From Candidatus Daviesbacteria bacterium (GTDB lineage Bacteria; Patescibacteriota; Microgenomatia; Daviesbacterales; UBA10151), in NCBI GenBank assembly GCA_016176465.1, contig JACOXD010000004.1, positions 114,119 through 178,118 of the forward strand: DNA of 64,000 nucleotides, in the 5' to 3' direction. Of this stretch, positions 31,005-39,953 are shown one piece after another (the stretch's first letter is position 1; each line of letters begins with the position of its first letter). The translations under genes were made by a program, and so were the position numbers. The notes beneath the pieces were generated by a model, which searched no databases, had not been told where the DNA came from, and saw only the letters and a list, made by a program, of their open reading frames with translations.

Positions 31005-31427
31005 TTACTCAGAAATGTTAAATTTATTTTCAAGAAAACATCGAATTAAATTTTTAGTGGCGGGAAATAGGTTTTGAGGAATCTTTTTGATATCTACCCA
31101 TTGCCATTTTTCCCAATCTTTAGGTTTGAGCAGTTTTATTTTACCTTTAATATTTGCTATTAACCCAATACCGATATAATGATTATTGAACTCATAATTT
31201 GCGTTCACTGAGATAATTTTGTAATTTATTACTTTGCAACCTATCTCTTCTTTAATATTCCTTTTGACAGCCTCACCAATACTTTCGTTGAACTTTAAAT
31301 CTCTTCCCGGAACCCCATAAACTTGTGTATTTTGATATAGCCACTCTTTGGTCAGAAAACCAAGCAATACTTTATTGCCTTTCTTAACCAAAATATCAAC
31401 ATTAACTCTTGGGAGCTTGGGGCTCAT
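31005..31427 (-). CDS. NUDIX-like hydrolase (degenerate box)
   Basis: PG....ESIGEAVKRNIKEEIG; WQW..P..LF. Confidence 0.75.
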   Translation of the reverse strand: MSPKLPRVNVDILVKKGNKVLLGFLTKEWLYQNTQVYGVPGRDLKFNESIGEAVKRNIKEEIGCKVINYKIISVNANYEFNNHYIGIGLIANIKGKIKLLKPKDWEKWQWVDIKKIPQNLFPATKNLIRCFLENKFNISE

Positions 31428-31470
31428 AATTTTTCACCTCTTTCCTTTTAGATTTTTATATCTGCATACC

Positions 31471-31887
31471 TTACCAATCGCAATAAAGTGATGTTGTATC
31501 GAGTTTTGGACTCTGATCATGCTGCGGACTTTCCGTTGTTACAACCTCTAAGTGCTCAACTAAAGACCTAGCCACCCCAAAAGGCAACTCTGCTAGATCT
31601 TGTTGATGGGCAATTGGTCTATAGGCAATAGGTCTGGTCGAATCTTGTGGAACTTCTCCAACTCCAAGTACACAATTTGTGACTTCTGTTAAAACTAGAG
31701 GCTGATTTGGGTCGCTAGCTAATCCTCTTGGATATCTAAAAAGCCAAACCACTGCACTGTATCTTCTACCATCTGCGCTAAACTCACCTAAATTTATAGA
31801 TCCTAAAAGACTTCTTGGCTCTTCAAAACTCAAAAAAGTCCTAGCTCCTTCTAGTTTTCCGAATAATTCTTCTATTTCACTTACCAT
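31471..31887 (-). CDS. Hypothetical protein downstream of SAM-I riboswitch
   Basis: 138-aa ORF with AAGGGGG SD. Confidence 0.6.
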   Translation of the reverse strand: MVSEIEELFGKLEGARTFLSFEEPRSLLGSINLGEFSADGRRYSAVVWLFRYPRGLASDPNQPLVLTEVTNCVLGVGEVPQDSTRPIAYRPIAHQQDLAELPFGVARSLVEHLEVVTTESPQHDQSPKLDTTSLYCDW

Positions 31888-31910
31888 TTATTTACCCCCT
31901 TTCAAAACAT

Positions 31911-31937
31911 AAAAAAACCTCTCCTTTAAGGAGAGGC
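31911..31937 (-). terminator. Intrinsic terminator of the riboswitch expression platform
   Basis: Minus strand cctctcc-ttaaa-ggagagg followed by TTTTTTT. Confidence 0.85.
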
Positions 31938-31972
31938 ATAAAAAAATTGTTTTCCTTCGATTTCTCTCAGGA

Positions 31973-32103
31973 CTAATCCTTCCCTTACAGGGTTGGGTTT
32001 AGCACCTTAGTTTACTGCTAGGTTGCTGGATGGATCATCAGGCCAAATCCTGCGTCCTTCATAGCTTTACGCAAAGAAGGATCTCCCCATCACTCTTGAT
32101 TTA
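31973..32103 (-). ncRNA. SAM-I (S-box) riboswitch with inserted hairpin
   Basis: Minus strand AATCAAGAG..gatgggGAG..GGATTTGGCCTGATGAtccatc CAGCAACC tag..cta AGGTGCTAA.. ccctgtaaggg..GATT. Confidence 0.85.
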
Positions 32104-32120
32104 TTTAAATATATAAAATA

Positions 32121-32149
32121 ATCTTACATCTAGTTATTTATTCTGTCAA
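32121..32149 (-). promoter_or_regulatory. Sigma70 promoter for the SAM riboswitch transcript
   Basis: TTGACA-17 nt-TAAGAT. Confidence 0.7.
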
Positions 32150-32164
32150 ACTAAACTTAATTTC

Positions 32165-32725
32165 ATGAGATTTTTTATTGCTTTAGAAATCCCTGAGGAA
32201 AGTAAGCAAGAGCTAAAGGTTATCCAATCTCAGATTAAAGAAATTATTCCTCAAGTTAGGTTAACCGATAATGATAAGCTACATTTAACCATTACCTTTA
32301 TTGGTGAGCAACCGGAGAATCTTAAAGATAAATTAATAGAGCTTATCAATAATTCTGTTGTTGATATTTCACCCTTTATCGTAACTCCAGCACTTATAGA
32401 TGGATTTCCCAATATTCACAATCCTAAAATTTTATGGATTGGTATTAAAGGAGATATAGATAAAATACTTTTAATCAGGGAGCGGATAAAAGATAGTTTA
32501 GCTAGTTTAAATTTAGATGTGGATATCAGAAGATTCATTCCTCATATCGCTGTAGCAAAAGTTACAAATTTTAAAATTTCTAAGCTGCAGGAAGCTCAAA
32601 TACAAAAAATTATGCAAAAAGAGTTTGAACCAATTAAAGTAAAATCAATTAAACTTTTTGAATCAGTACCTAATCTGGGTTTTCACAAACATAATACCTT
32701 AGCAGAAATCTTTTTAACCTCTTAA
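32165..32725 (+). CDS. thpR: RNA 2',3'-cyclic phosphodiesterase (2H family)
   Basis: MR.FIA, HLTI, PHIA (two HxT-like motifs), LFES. Confidence 0.9.
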   Translation: MRFFIALEIPEESKQELKVIQSQIKEIIPQVRLTDNDKLHLTITFIGEQPENLKDKLIELINNSVVDISPFIVTPALIDGFPNIHNPKILWIGIKGDIDKILLIRERIKDSLASLNLDVDIRRFIPHIAVAKVTNFKISKLQEAQIQKIMQKEFEPIKVKSIKLFESVPNLGFHKHNTLAEIFLTS

Positions 32726-32774
32726 ATTTGCTTTAATTTGCTTGCTAGTTGTATAATATGTCTTATAGTAATAT

Positions 32775-34196
32775 ATGTCTATATACACTCTGGAAAGTGA
32801 AAGAGCTTCACCCTACAACCGAGTAGGGAAAGACCCCTTAAGGTATTTTAAAGATTTAAGTTTGGCTGTTTTAGATCAGTTGATCACCCCCGAGGGAATT
32901 TTCGCCTCTACTTTTAAAGGCCATGAGGGTATCTTTTATGGTAGATTCCGAAGAGACAGTGCAAAAATTGCCAAATTCGTCTTAGCAGCCCTGCCTAATC
33001 ATTCAGCAAAACTTATTTCCAACACTGTGGATGGATTTTTATGGTTAGATCAATTTCGAGGTAAACAAAACGTTTCCAAACGAGGGGAGGAACAAGATAA
33101 AGAACCTCATGAAGTCCGCTCCCCAGGGTACTATGATCATTTAACAACTGGTAGGGTAAATCAAAGACAAAAACCTTTTTTTGTTGATAAAAGCAGCGGA
33201 TTTATGATTAACTGGGATAGTGTTGATGCTACCCCTTTAGCCGGTTTAATTAGGTGTGAATTTTTGAATTTAGGATTGGTTGATCCCAATGAACAAATCC
33301 CACTTTTAAAAAAAAGCTTAGAATGGTCCTTAAGAAATCTCCACGAAAGTAGTGGATTTCCCGGTTTTGCTTATAATCCCAGGCGTCCTTATGCTTGTTT
33401 GCCTAATCAACATTGGGCAGATAGTGAATTTACAATGTATCATCGTGATGGCCGCCCCGCTGCTTACCCTCGCAAACCTGTTGAAGTGGCAGGTTATACC
33501 TGGGCATTTTTTCTCCATGGGGCGGACCAGCTAGATCGAGAAAACCACCAACATACAGACCATGCTTTTGCAAAAAAATTAAGAGTTGTGGCAGCTGACC
33601 TTAAGAAAAGATTTAATAGTCCGCAAGGATTTTTAATGCCTGATAATAAAGTCGGAGCATACTTTGCTGAGTTTATAGATGGAAATGGGCAGCAAGGAAC
33701 TAATGTTACTTCTCAAGTAGGTTTGGGAATGAGTTTTACCTATCAAGGTGAGTCAATAGTTGAGGAGAGATATCTAGCTTCAACTGTGGCAAGAATTATG
33801 CAACCTGATCTATTTGATCCAACTGCAGGTCTGAGAATTTATAGTAATGAAGAAAGTACTACTTTTGATCCAGATGGCTATCATAGCTCATCCGATACTT
33901 ACTGGCCTTTTGAACCTCCTTTAGTAGCAATCGGTTTTGAGCAATTACAATTTGAGTCAGAGGCTAAAAATTTAATGCTTTCAATTTTTCCTCCAATTAC
34001 CCATTTTGGTTGTTGTATAGAGCAATTTCGCGTGAGAAATGGAATTTATGATCGCTTTAGGAACTCCCAAACTGGTCAAACCAGCTCTACTGATCAAGGA
34101 TGGACAGCCGCTGGTTTATATTATGCTGCTACCCATCCTTTGGTCAGAGAGTTTTTTGCTTCCTTAAGACCCCAACCTCACCTCTTTGTTGCTTAA
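32775..34196 (+). CDS. Amylo-alpha-1,6-glucosidase/glycogen debranching-like hydrolase
   Basis: F.RDS, PHE.R, SVDATPL, NQ.W.DS, VEV.GY, GYH...WPF. Confidence 0.75.
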   Translation: MSIYTLESERASPYNRVGKDPLRYFKDLSLAVLDQLITPEGIFASTFKGHEGIFYGRFRRDSAKIAKFVLAALPNHSAKLISNTVDGFLWLDQFRGKQNVSKRGEEQDKEPHEVRSPGYYDHLTTGRVNQRQKPFFVDKSSGFMINWDSVDATPLAGLIRCEFLNLGLVDPNEQIPLLKKSLEWSLRNLHESSGFPGFAYNPRRPYACLPNQHWADSEFTMYHRDGRPAAYPRKPVEVAGYTWAFFLHGADQLDRENHQHTDHAFAKKLRVVAADLKKRFNSPQGFLMPDNKVGAYFAEFIDGNGQQGTNVTSQVGLGMSFTYQGESIVEERYLASTVARIMQPDLFDPTAGLRIYSNEESTTFDPDGYHSSSDTYWPFEPPLVAIGFEQLQFESEAKNLMLSIFPPITHFGCCIEQFRVRNGIYDRFRNSQTGQTSSTDQGWTAAGLYYAATHPLVREFFASLRPQPHLFVA

Positions 34197-34232
34197 CTTG
34201 CTAATTTAGATACCCTTTTTTAGAATTACTCC

Positions 34233-35396
34233 ATGAATAAATTTAAATTAATTTTAGGGATTGAGACATCTTGTGATGAAACAGCAGCTGCAATACTAAA
34301 AAAGGATGAAGGTCAGATTACTATTTTATCTAATATTGTTGCCTCTTCAGCTAAATTACAAGAAAAATATGGAGGAATTATTCCAGAACAGGCTGCTAGA
34401 GAACAGATTAAAGCTATCATTCCTGTTATTACTGAAGCGCTTAAAAAGGCACGAGTAACAAGTGATAAGTTAGATGCCATAGCAGTTACCCAAGGACCTG
34501 GTTTAATAGGTTCCTTGCTAGTAGGGGTCGAAACAGCTAAAGTTTTAAGTTTAATTTGGGAAAAACCTTTAATTCCTATAAATCATTTATTAGGACATTT
34601 TTATGCAAATTGGATAGCGACGGAGGGTGACAGGGAGGAGAGATCTCGGCGCACCCCCGCAGCGAAGTTGTTACGAGACGAGGAGGTACGACGAGAAACC
34701 GAGCTGGCAGGACCCCCAAGCGTACCAGAGTTCCCCTATCTTGGACTTTTAGTCTCTGGTGGCCATACAGATTTAGTTTTATTTAAAAATCACAATGAAT
34801 ATGACTACCTAGGTGGAACAAGGGATGATGCAGCTGGTGAATGCTTTGATAAATGCGCCAGGTTACTGGGATTTCCCTATCCTGGTGGACCAAAGATTTC
34901 TAAACTGGCAGAGAATGGAAATCCCAAGGCTTTTAAATTCCCAAGACCTATGGAAAAATCTAATGATTTTGATTTTTCTTTTTCCGGCTTAAAGACTTCT
35001 TTTGCTAATTTAGTTAATAGTTCAGAGTTTAAAGTTCAGAGTAAAAAATCAATAAGCTACAAACTCAAAGCGAAGCGTACTCATAACTTAGTCTCTGACT
35101 TAGCTGCATCTTTGGAACAAGCCATTATTGATTCACTCATTACTAAAACCATTAAAGCTGCTCAAAAATATAACATTAAACAAATCATTATTGCAGGAGG
35201 AGTTGCTGCTAATAAAAAACTAATTTCAGAGTTACAATTAGCTATTAACAATGAACTATTAACTATTAAACTCTTTGTTCCTCCACCCTATCTTTGTACA
35301 GATAACGCTGCAATGATTGCCTCCCGTGCTTTTTTTGAAAAAGAGATTAAAGATCCTATATCTTTACAAGCAGATCCAAATTTATCCTTAGCTTGA
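34233..35396 (+). CDS. tsaD: tRNA N6-adenosine threonylcarbamoyltransferase with in-frame inserts
   Basis: GIETSCDET, GPGL, NH..GH, VSGGHT, DDAAGE.FDK, FSFSGLKT, GGVAAN, CTDNAAMIA. Confidence 0.96.
   Translation: MNKFKLILGIETSCDETAAAILKKDEGQITILSNIVASSAKLQEKYGGIIPEQAAREQIKAIIPVITEALKKARVTSDKLDAIAVTQGPGLIGSLLVGVETAKVLSLIWEKPLIPINHLLGHFYANWIATEGDREERSRRTPAAKLLRDEEVRRETELAGPPSVPEFPYLGLLVSGGHTDLVLFKNHNEYDYLGGTRDDAAGECFDKCARLLGFPYPGGPKISKLAENGNPKAFKFPRPMEKSNDFDFSFSGLKTSFANLVNSSEFKVQSKKSISYKLKAKRTHNLVSDLAASLEQAIIDSLITKTIKAAQKYNIKQIIIAGGVAANKKLISELQLAINNELLTIKLFVPPPYLCTDNAAMIASRAFFEKEIKDPISLQADPNLSLA
34614..34715 (+). repeat. Family B (RPE1-like) element in frame in tsaD
   Basis: Shares acgacgagaaaccgagctggcaggaccc exactly with the murB copy; encodes ATEGDREERSRRTPAAKLLRDEEVRRETELAGP. 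Confidence 0.9.
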
Positions 35397-35432
35397 CAAG
35401 CAATTCTCTTTAATATACTCTATAGGATTGAT

Positions 35433-35972
35433 ATGGCAAGAAGAAATCCAGAAGGTTTTTCAGAAATAGCCTCAGCTGCATTTGTGACAAATTATGAGGT
35501 TATGCTTGGGATAGCATATAGGCTGGTTTCAAACCCTGAACGAGTTGACGATTTATTACAGAACACAGCCTTAAGAGTACGGCATACTTTAGATCCTACA
35601 CGCTCTCCTCGATCCTATTTAGCTAGAGCTATTAAACTTCAATATTGGGACGAAGGAAGAATTCTTCTAAGAGAAGGTCGCTACCTTGATCCCACTCCTT
35701 TGGAAGATTTAGTAAACTTGCCAGATCAAACTCCATCCCCAGAACAGCAGCTTTTACAAGCAGAAAGAAGGGCAATATTAGATAAATTAATTAATTCGTT
35801 ACCCAGCAAGCAAAGGAGGCTTTTGGAATTAGCAAGAATTGGCTTAAGTCAACCAGAAATAGCTGATGCTACTCATCTCCCTTTGGGGACAGTAAAGTCA
35901 AGAATCCGCTCAGCCATACAGCACATGTCTACCCACCCAGCAGTAAGAAAATATTTGGAGCAAACCACCTAA
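35433..35972 (+). CDS. ECF-type sigma-70 factor
   Basis: Region 2 DDLLQ..SYL; region 4 GLSQPEIA..LPLGTVKSRI; TTGACA...TATACT upstream. Confidence 0.85.
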   Translation: MARRNPEGFSEIASAAFVTNYEVMLGIAYRLVSNPERVDDLLQNTALRVRHTLDPTRSPRSYLARAIKLQYWDEGRILLREGRYLDPTPLEDLVNLPDQTPSPEQQLLQAERRAILDKLINSLPSKQRRLLELARIGLSQPEIADATHLPLGTVKSRIRSAIQHMSTHPAVRKYLEQTT

Positions 35973-36044
35973 TAATTCTAACTTGATTTTTGCTAAAATA
36001 TTTGAAGACTTAAAGATACATGAATAAAGTAGCGGAGGATTAAT

Positions 36045-36302
36045 ATGTCTGAATTTGAAGGACCATGGGATATTGAAATGGAAAAAATTTGGGAGCAATA
36101 CAAAGGTCAAAGGACTCCAGATGTACCAACAAACAGGTATTTAGAATTTGGAGAAGATGGTCAACCCTTAGAAGATTACAGGCTCAATCAGCTACCTCCA
36201 ACAGCCCAATATATTTCTAAGCAGCCAAATAGACTTAAGATATTTGCTACTTTCCCTTACCATGTAGTTACCCAAGCAAATTTAGAAGGCAGAAATGGAT
36301 AA
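36045..36302 (+). CDS. Hypothetical protein overlapping the valS start
   Basis: GGAGG SD, 85 aa. Confidence 0.5.
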   Translation: MSEFEGPWDIEMEKIWEQYKGQRTPDVPTNRYLEFGEDGQPLEDYRLNQLPPTAQYISKQPNRLKIFATFPYHVVTQANLEGRNG

Positions 36303-38550
36303 AACTCAAAATACTGAGGAAAAATGGTACAAGTTTTGGGAAAATCAGGGACTTTTTAAAGCAGACCCTGATTCTTCCAAGCCTTCATATTCTATTTTAA
36401 TGCCTCCTCCTAATTTAACTGGTGAACCACACGCTGGGCACACAATCCAACATTTAATAATGGACGGCTTAGCCAGATTTAAAAGAATGCAAGGATTTGA
36501 TGTTTTATTTCAACCCGGTGTTGATCATGCAGGGATTCAATTTGAAGGAACTTTAAATAAGTTATTAGAAAAAGAAGGTTTAAGGAAGATAAGTTTGGGT
36601 AGAGAGAAATGGATGGAAAGAGCCTGGCAATTTAAAGGTGAGATTTATAAGTCTTTCCATAAAACCTGGAGAGCTATGGGGATTTCAGCTGACTGGAAAA
36701 GAGAAGTTTTTACTCTAGATCCTAAAATGCAGCGAGCTGTTTTAGAGGAATTTAAAACTTTTTGGGAACAAGATCTTTTATACAAAGGAGCATATATTGT
36801 CCAGTGGTGCCCTAAAGATGCTACTGCTATTGAGGATTTGGAAATGGAGTATGAGGAAAGGACTGAAAAGCTCTACTATGTTAAATATAAAGTAGCAGGA
36901 GACCCTAGATATCCTAACGAAGAATACATTGTGGTAGCTACTGCTCGTCCAGAAACAATTTACGCCGATGTCGCTATTGCTGTTCATCCTGAATCTAGAT
37001 ACAAAGATTATGCAGGAAGAGATGCTTATAAACCTCTCGCTCCTAGTGAAAAACTCGTAGATAGAGAGATTAAAATAATTACAGATGATAGGGTTAATAA
37101 AGAATTTGGAACAGGTGCTTTAAAAATAACTCCTGGCCATGATCCTCTAGATTATAAGATAGGCAAAGACCACAACTTATCTATCTTACATGCTGTTGAT
37201 AAAGCAGGAGGGATGACAGATTTGGCAGGCGATCTTAAAGGATTATCTGTTTCAGAAGCTCGAGAAAAAACAGCTGAGATGTTAGACAAACAAGGATCTA
37301 TTGACCACATTGAGGAATACACTCATTCAGTGCCAGTTTGTGAAAGGTGTAAATCTACTATTGAACCCTTAGTTTCCGAGGAATGGTTTGTAAAAATGAA
37401 GCCTCTTGCCCAAAAAGCCCTAAAATCCCTAAAGGATATCAACTTTTTTCCAAAGAATTTTGAAAAAGTAATTGCTGATTGGTTAGAAGAAATTCATGAC
37501 TGGTCAATTTCTAGGTCTTTGTGGTGGGGACACAGAATCCCTGTTTGGTATTGTCAAAAGTGTAATTCAAACCACGAAGTAGGAAAAGATAAAGATATGG
37601 TTATATCCTTGACTCACCCAGAGCAAAATTGCCAAACTTGTAAGCTAAATCAATGGGTCCAGGATGATCAGATTTTAGATACCTGGTTTTCATCAGGTCT
37701 TTGGCCCATGGCAACCTTAGGCTGGCCCTCCTCCGCTGAAGCTTCGGAGGGTAAACCAGACGAGTGGTTAAACATGAAGAAATATTACCCATATGATTTT
37801 GAAATATCTGCTCCAGAAATTAAATTTTTATGGATTGCTAGAATGATTATGCTGGGGGTTTGGTTTGCTCAGGATATTCCTTTTAAAAATATGTTTTTTA
37901 CAGGGACACTGCGAGACCTTCAAGGAAGAAAGTTTTCTAAGTCTTTAGGAAATGGGGTTTTTCCTTTGCCTTTAATTGATACTTGGGGAGTGGATGCTTA
38001 TAGAATGGCTATTTTTGGCTTTGCAGCTCCTGCAAGAGATGGAAGGGCAAGCAGACAAACTTTGGATGAAAGGTGTAAGAACTTTAGAAATTTTGTAACA
38101 AAGCTTAAAAACATTGCTAAGTTTATAGTTGATTTAAAACCAAAAGGAACGCAGTCATTAGATCCTTCCTCCTTAAAGGGACCCGCACTTCAGGATGACC
38201 AAACAGAGAATGTCATTCTGAGCGCCAGAGAAGAATCCAATCCAGAAGATATTGAAATTCTTGAGAAACTTAATAAAACAATTAAAAATGTAACAAAAGA
38301 ACTAAATAAGTTTAACTTTCATTTAGCCTCTGATTTTATTTATGAATTTATTTGGCATGAATTTGCAGATAAATATATTGAATCATCTAAAAATAGAAGA
38401 AAAGATGCTCAACCAGTTTTAGAATATATCTTTAAAACTTCTTTAGAGCTTCTTCATCCTTTCATGCCCTTTATTACGGAGGAAATTTGGCAAAGGCTCC
38501 CACATGCGGAAAAATCCATAATGATCGCCAAGTGGCATGAAGTTAAATAA
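36295..38550 (+). CDS. valS: Valyl-tRNA synthetase (short form, two in-frame inserts)
   Basis: PPPNLTGEPHAGH, DHAGI, DWSISR.LWWGHRIP, LDTWFSS, KFSKSLGN, LLHPFMPFITEE. Confidence 0.96.
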   Translation: MDKTQNTEEKWYKFWENQGLFKADPDSSKPSYSILMPPPNLTGEPHAGHTIQHLIMDGLARFKRMQGFDVLFQPGVDHAGIQFEGTLNKLLEKEGLRKISLGREKWMERAWQFKGEIYKSFHKTWRAMGISADWKREVFTLDPKMQRAVLEEFKTFWEQDLLYKGAYIVQWCPKDATAIEDLEMEYEERTEKLYYVKYKVAGDPRYPNEEYIVVATARPETIYADVAIAVHPESRYKDYAGRDAYKPLAPSEKLVDREIKIITDDRVNKEFGTGALKITPGHDPLDYKIGKDHNLSILHAVDKAGGMTDLAGDLKGLSVSEAREKTAEMLDKQGSIDHIEEYTHSVPVCERCKSTIEPLVSEEWFVKMKPLAQKALKSLKDINFFPKNFEKVIADWLEEIHDWSISRSLWWGHRIPVWYCQKCNSNHEVGKDKDMVISLTHPEQNCQTCKLNQWVQDDQILDTWFSSGLWPMATLGWPSSAEASEGKPDEWLNMKKYYPYDFEISAPEIKFLWIARMIMLGVWFAQDIPFKNMFFTGTLRDLQGRKFSKSLGNGVFPLPLIDTWGVDAYRMAIFGFAAPARDGRASRQTLDERCKNFRNFVTKLKNIAKFIVDLKPKGTQSLDPSSLKGPALQDDQTENVILSAREESNPEDIEILEKLNKTIKNVTKELNKFNFHLASDFIYEFIWHEFADKYIESSKNRRKDAQPVLEYIFKTSLELLHPFMPFITEEIWQRLPHAEKSIMIAKWHEVK
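37726..37752 (+). repeat. Family C mini-hairpin in frame in valS
   Basis: ccctcctccgctgaagcttcggagggt, encoding PSSAEASEG right after TLGWP. Confidence 0.7.
38159..38238 (+). repeat. Family A2 element (arms in swapped order) in frame in valS
   Basis: agatccttc..cccgcacttcaggatgac ... tgtcattctgagc..gaagaatcc, encoding LDPSSLKGPALQDDQTENVILSAREES. Confidence 0.85.
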
Positions 38551-39067
38551 TCTCCTTTTTATATTTAATCCTTTGCTTAAAAAGGTTTTCTCTAAACCCC
38601 CCTTCATTAATAAATTTTTTCTTTAAAGCTTCTATTTGTCTTGAGAGTAAAAAAGTTTCCATTTGGCAAAAAGTCAAAAGCATATTAGCTGCCTCTTCGG
38701 GATTATGAGGAAGATTTGGGGTGTTAGGAATATTAGGCTTAACCCAAACAGCCCTAAACTCCCTAAAAACTCTAATCCTAGGATCGCTCTTATCCCAAAT
38801 CCTTAAGTTCCTCTGTCTTAGGAAATCCTCAAAATCGGCTGTTAATTCTTTAAAAGATCCATGGGCAACACCACAAAGCTTTATATAACTTTCCAGGCTT
38901 TGCATAGTATATCCTTCAACTATGTTTTGCTTTCCAGACCTAGCTGCCTGCTCCATCTGATCAACAGTTCTGGACTTAGGGTTTATCCAGCGCGTTACAA
39001 ACTGAACAGTTAGATCATGAATAACAGTAGCTAGAATATATGTAGAGAGATTTTTGTACCCTTCCAC
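38543..39067 (-). CDS. Four-helix-bundle protein (23S IVP/Avd-like, with suffix domain)
   Basis: GYKNL, RTVDQMEQAARSGKQNIVEG, S..EL..D.EDFLR, F..EGGFRENL. Confidence 0.88.
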   Translation of the reverse strand: MEGYKNLSTYILATVIHDLTVQFVTRWINPKSRTVDQMEQAARSGKQNIVEGYTMQSLESYIKLCGVAHGSFKELTADFEDFLRQRNLRIWDKSDPRIRVFREFRAVWVKPNIPNTPNLPHNPEEAANMLLTFCQMETFLLSRQIEALKKKFINEGGFRENLFKQRIKYKKEII

Positions 39068-39135
39068 TATTTGATTTTAGCAAAAATTACAAAGCCCAGT
39101 TAGATTTAAACCTATCAGATATTATTTGTAGTGAT

Positions 39136-39906
39136 TTATTTTTTTTCCTCATCAGCAGATTCTGCAGGGGTTTCTTCTTTAGCTTCTCCATCTTCTTCGA
39201 CTGCCTCTTCACCCGCTGCCTTCTCTCCCTCTGCTACCTCCTCACCTTCCACTGGGGCCTCAGCACCCTCCTCAGCTGCTTGCTCTGCAGCTACAGCAGC
39301 TGCTTCAGCTGCTTGCTCTTCTAATAACTTCTTCATCTCCTCAGTTATTGCAGGAGCTAACTTAACCACTACCTCTTCTGGTTCAAGATGAATAGTTAAT
39401 TTAGATTTATCATAGTTTAACTCTCCTACAGTTATAGCATCATCAATATTTTTAAGCGGGGTTATATCAACCTCAATATTTTCTACTAAATCAGTAGGCA
39501 ATGCTTCAACCTCAACCTCACTTAAGGTTTGCAAAATTACTGCCTCCCCCATTTTTACTGCCTCTATCTCTTCTCCAGTAATAATTATTGGTACTGGAAC
39601 TTTTACTTTTTCTGATAAATTTACTTGATAAAAATCAATATGTAAAAGGTTACCTGTTAGAGGATGAACCTGAACATCCCTAATTAAAACCGGTCTAATT
39701 TTTTTTGCACCAATTTTTAAATCAATTAATCCTGTTTCTCCTGCTTGGTGAAGCACAGGTAAAAAATCTTTTAGAAAAACAGAAACATGTTCTGTTTCCT
39801 CATTTTTGCCAAATACATGAGCGGGAATTAAACCCATCATGCGTAGCTTTTTAACTTTTTTACCCAAAACTTCCCGTTCTTTAGCGTTAAGTAAAGTTCG
39901 CTCCAT
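39136..39906 (-). CDS. rplY: 50S ribosomal protein L25/Ctc
   Basis: GK.VKKLR..G.IPA.VFG, Q.HP...LLHIDFYQV, acidic tail. Confidence 0.95.
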   Translation of the reverse strand: MERTLLNAKEREVLGKKVKKLRMMGLIPAHVFGKNEETEHVSVFLKDFLPVLHQAGETGLIDLKIGAKKIRPVLIRDVQVHPLTGNLLHIDFYQVNLSEKVKVPVPIIITGEEIEAVKMGEAVILQTLSEVEVEALPTDLVENIEVDITPLKNIDDAITVGELNYDKSKLTIHLEPEEVVVKLAPAITEEMKKLLEEQAAEAAAVAAEQAAEEGAEAPVEGEEVAEGEKAAGEEAVEEDGEAKEETPAESADEEKK

Positions 39907-39953
39907 TTTGGTAATTTACCATAATGTGAGCCTATATTCAAGGAGCTAAGGAG

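Noticed and set aside
25954-34715. murB/tsaD repeat pair as DGR template and variable repeats
   Set aside because: Differences are not confined to adenines, include indels, and lie in housekeeping genes far from the RT.
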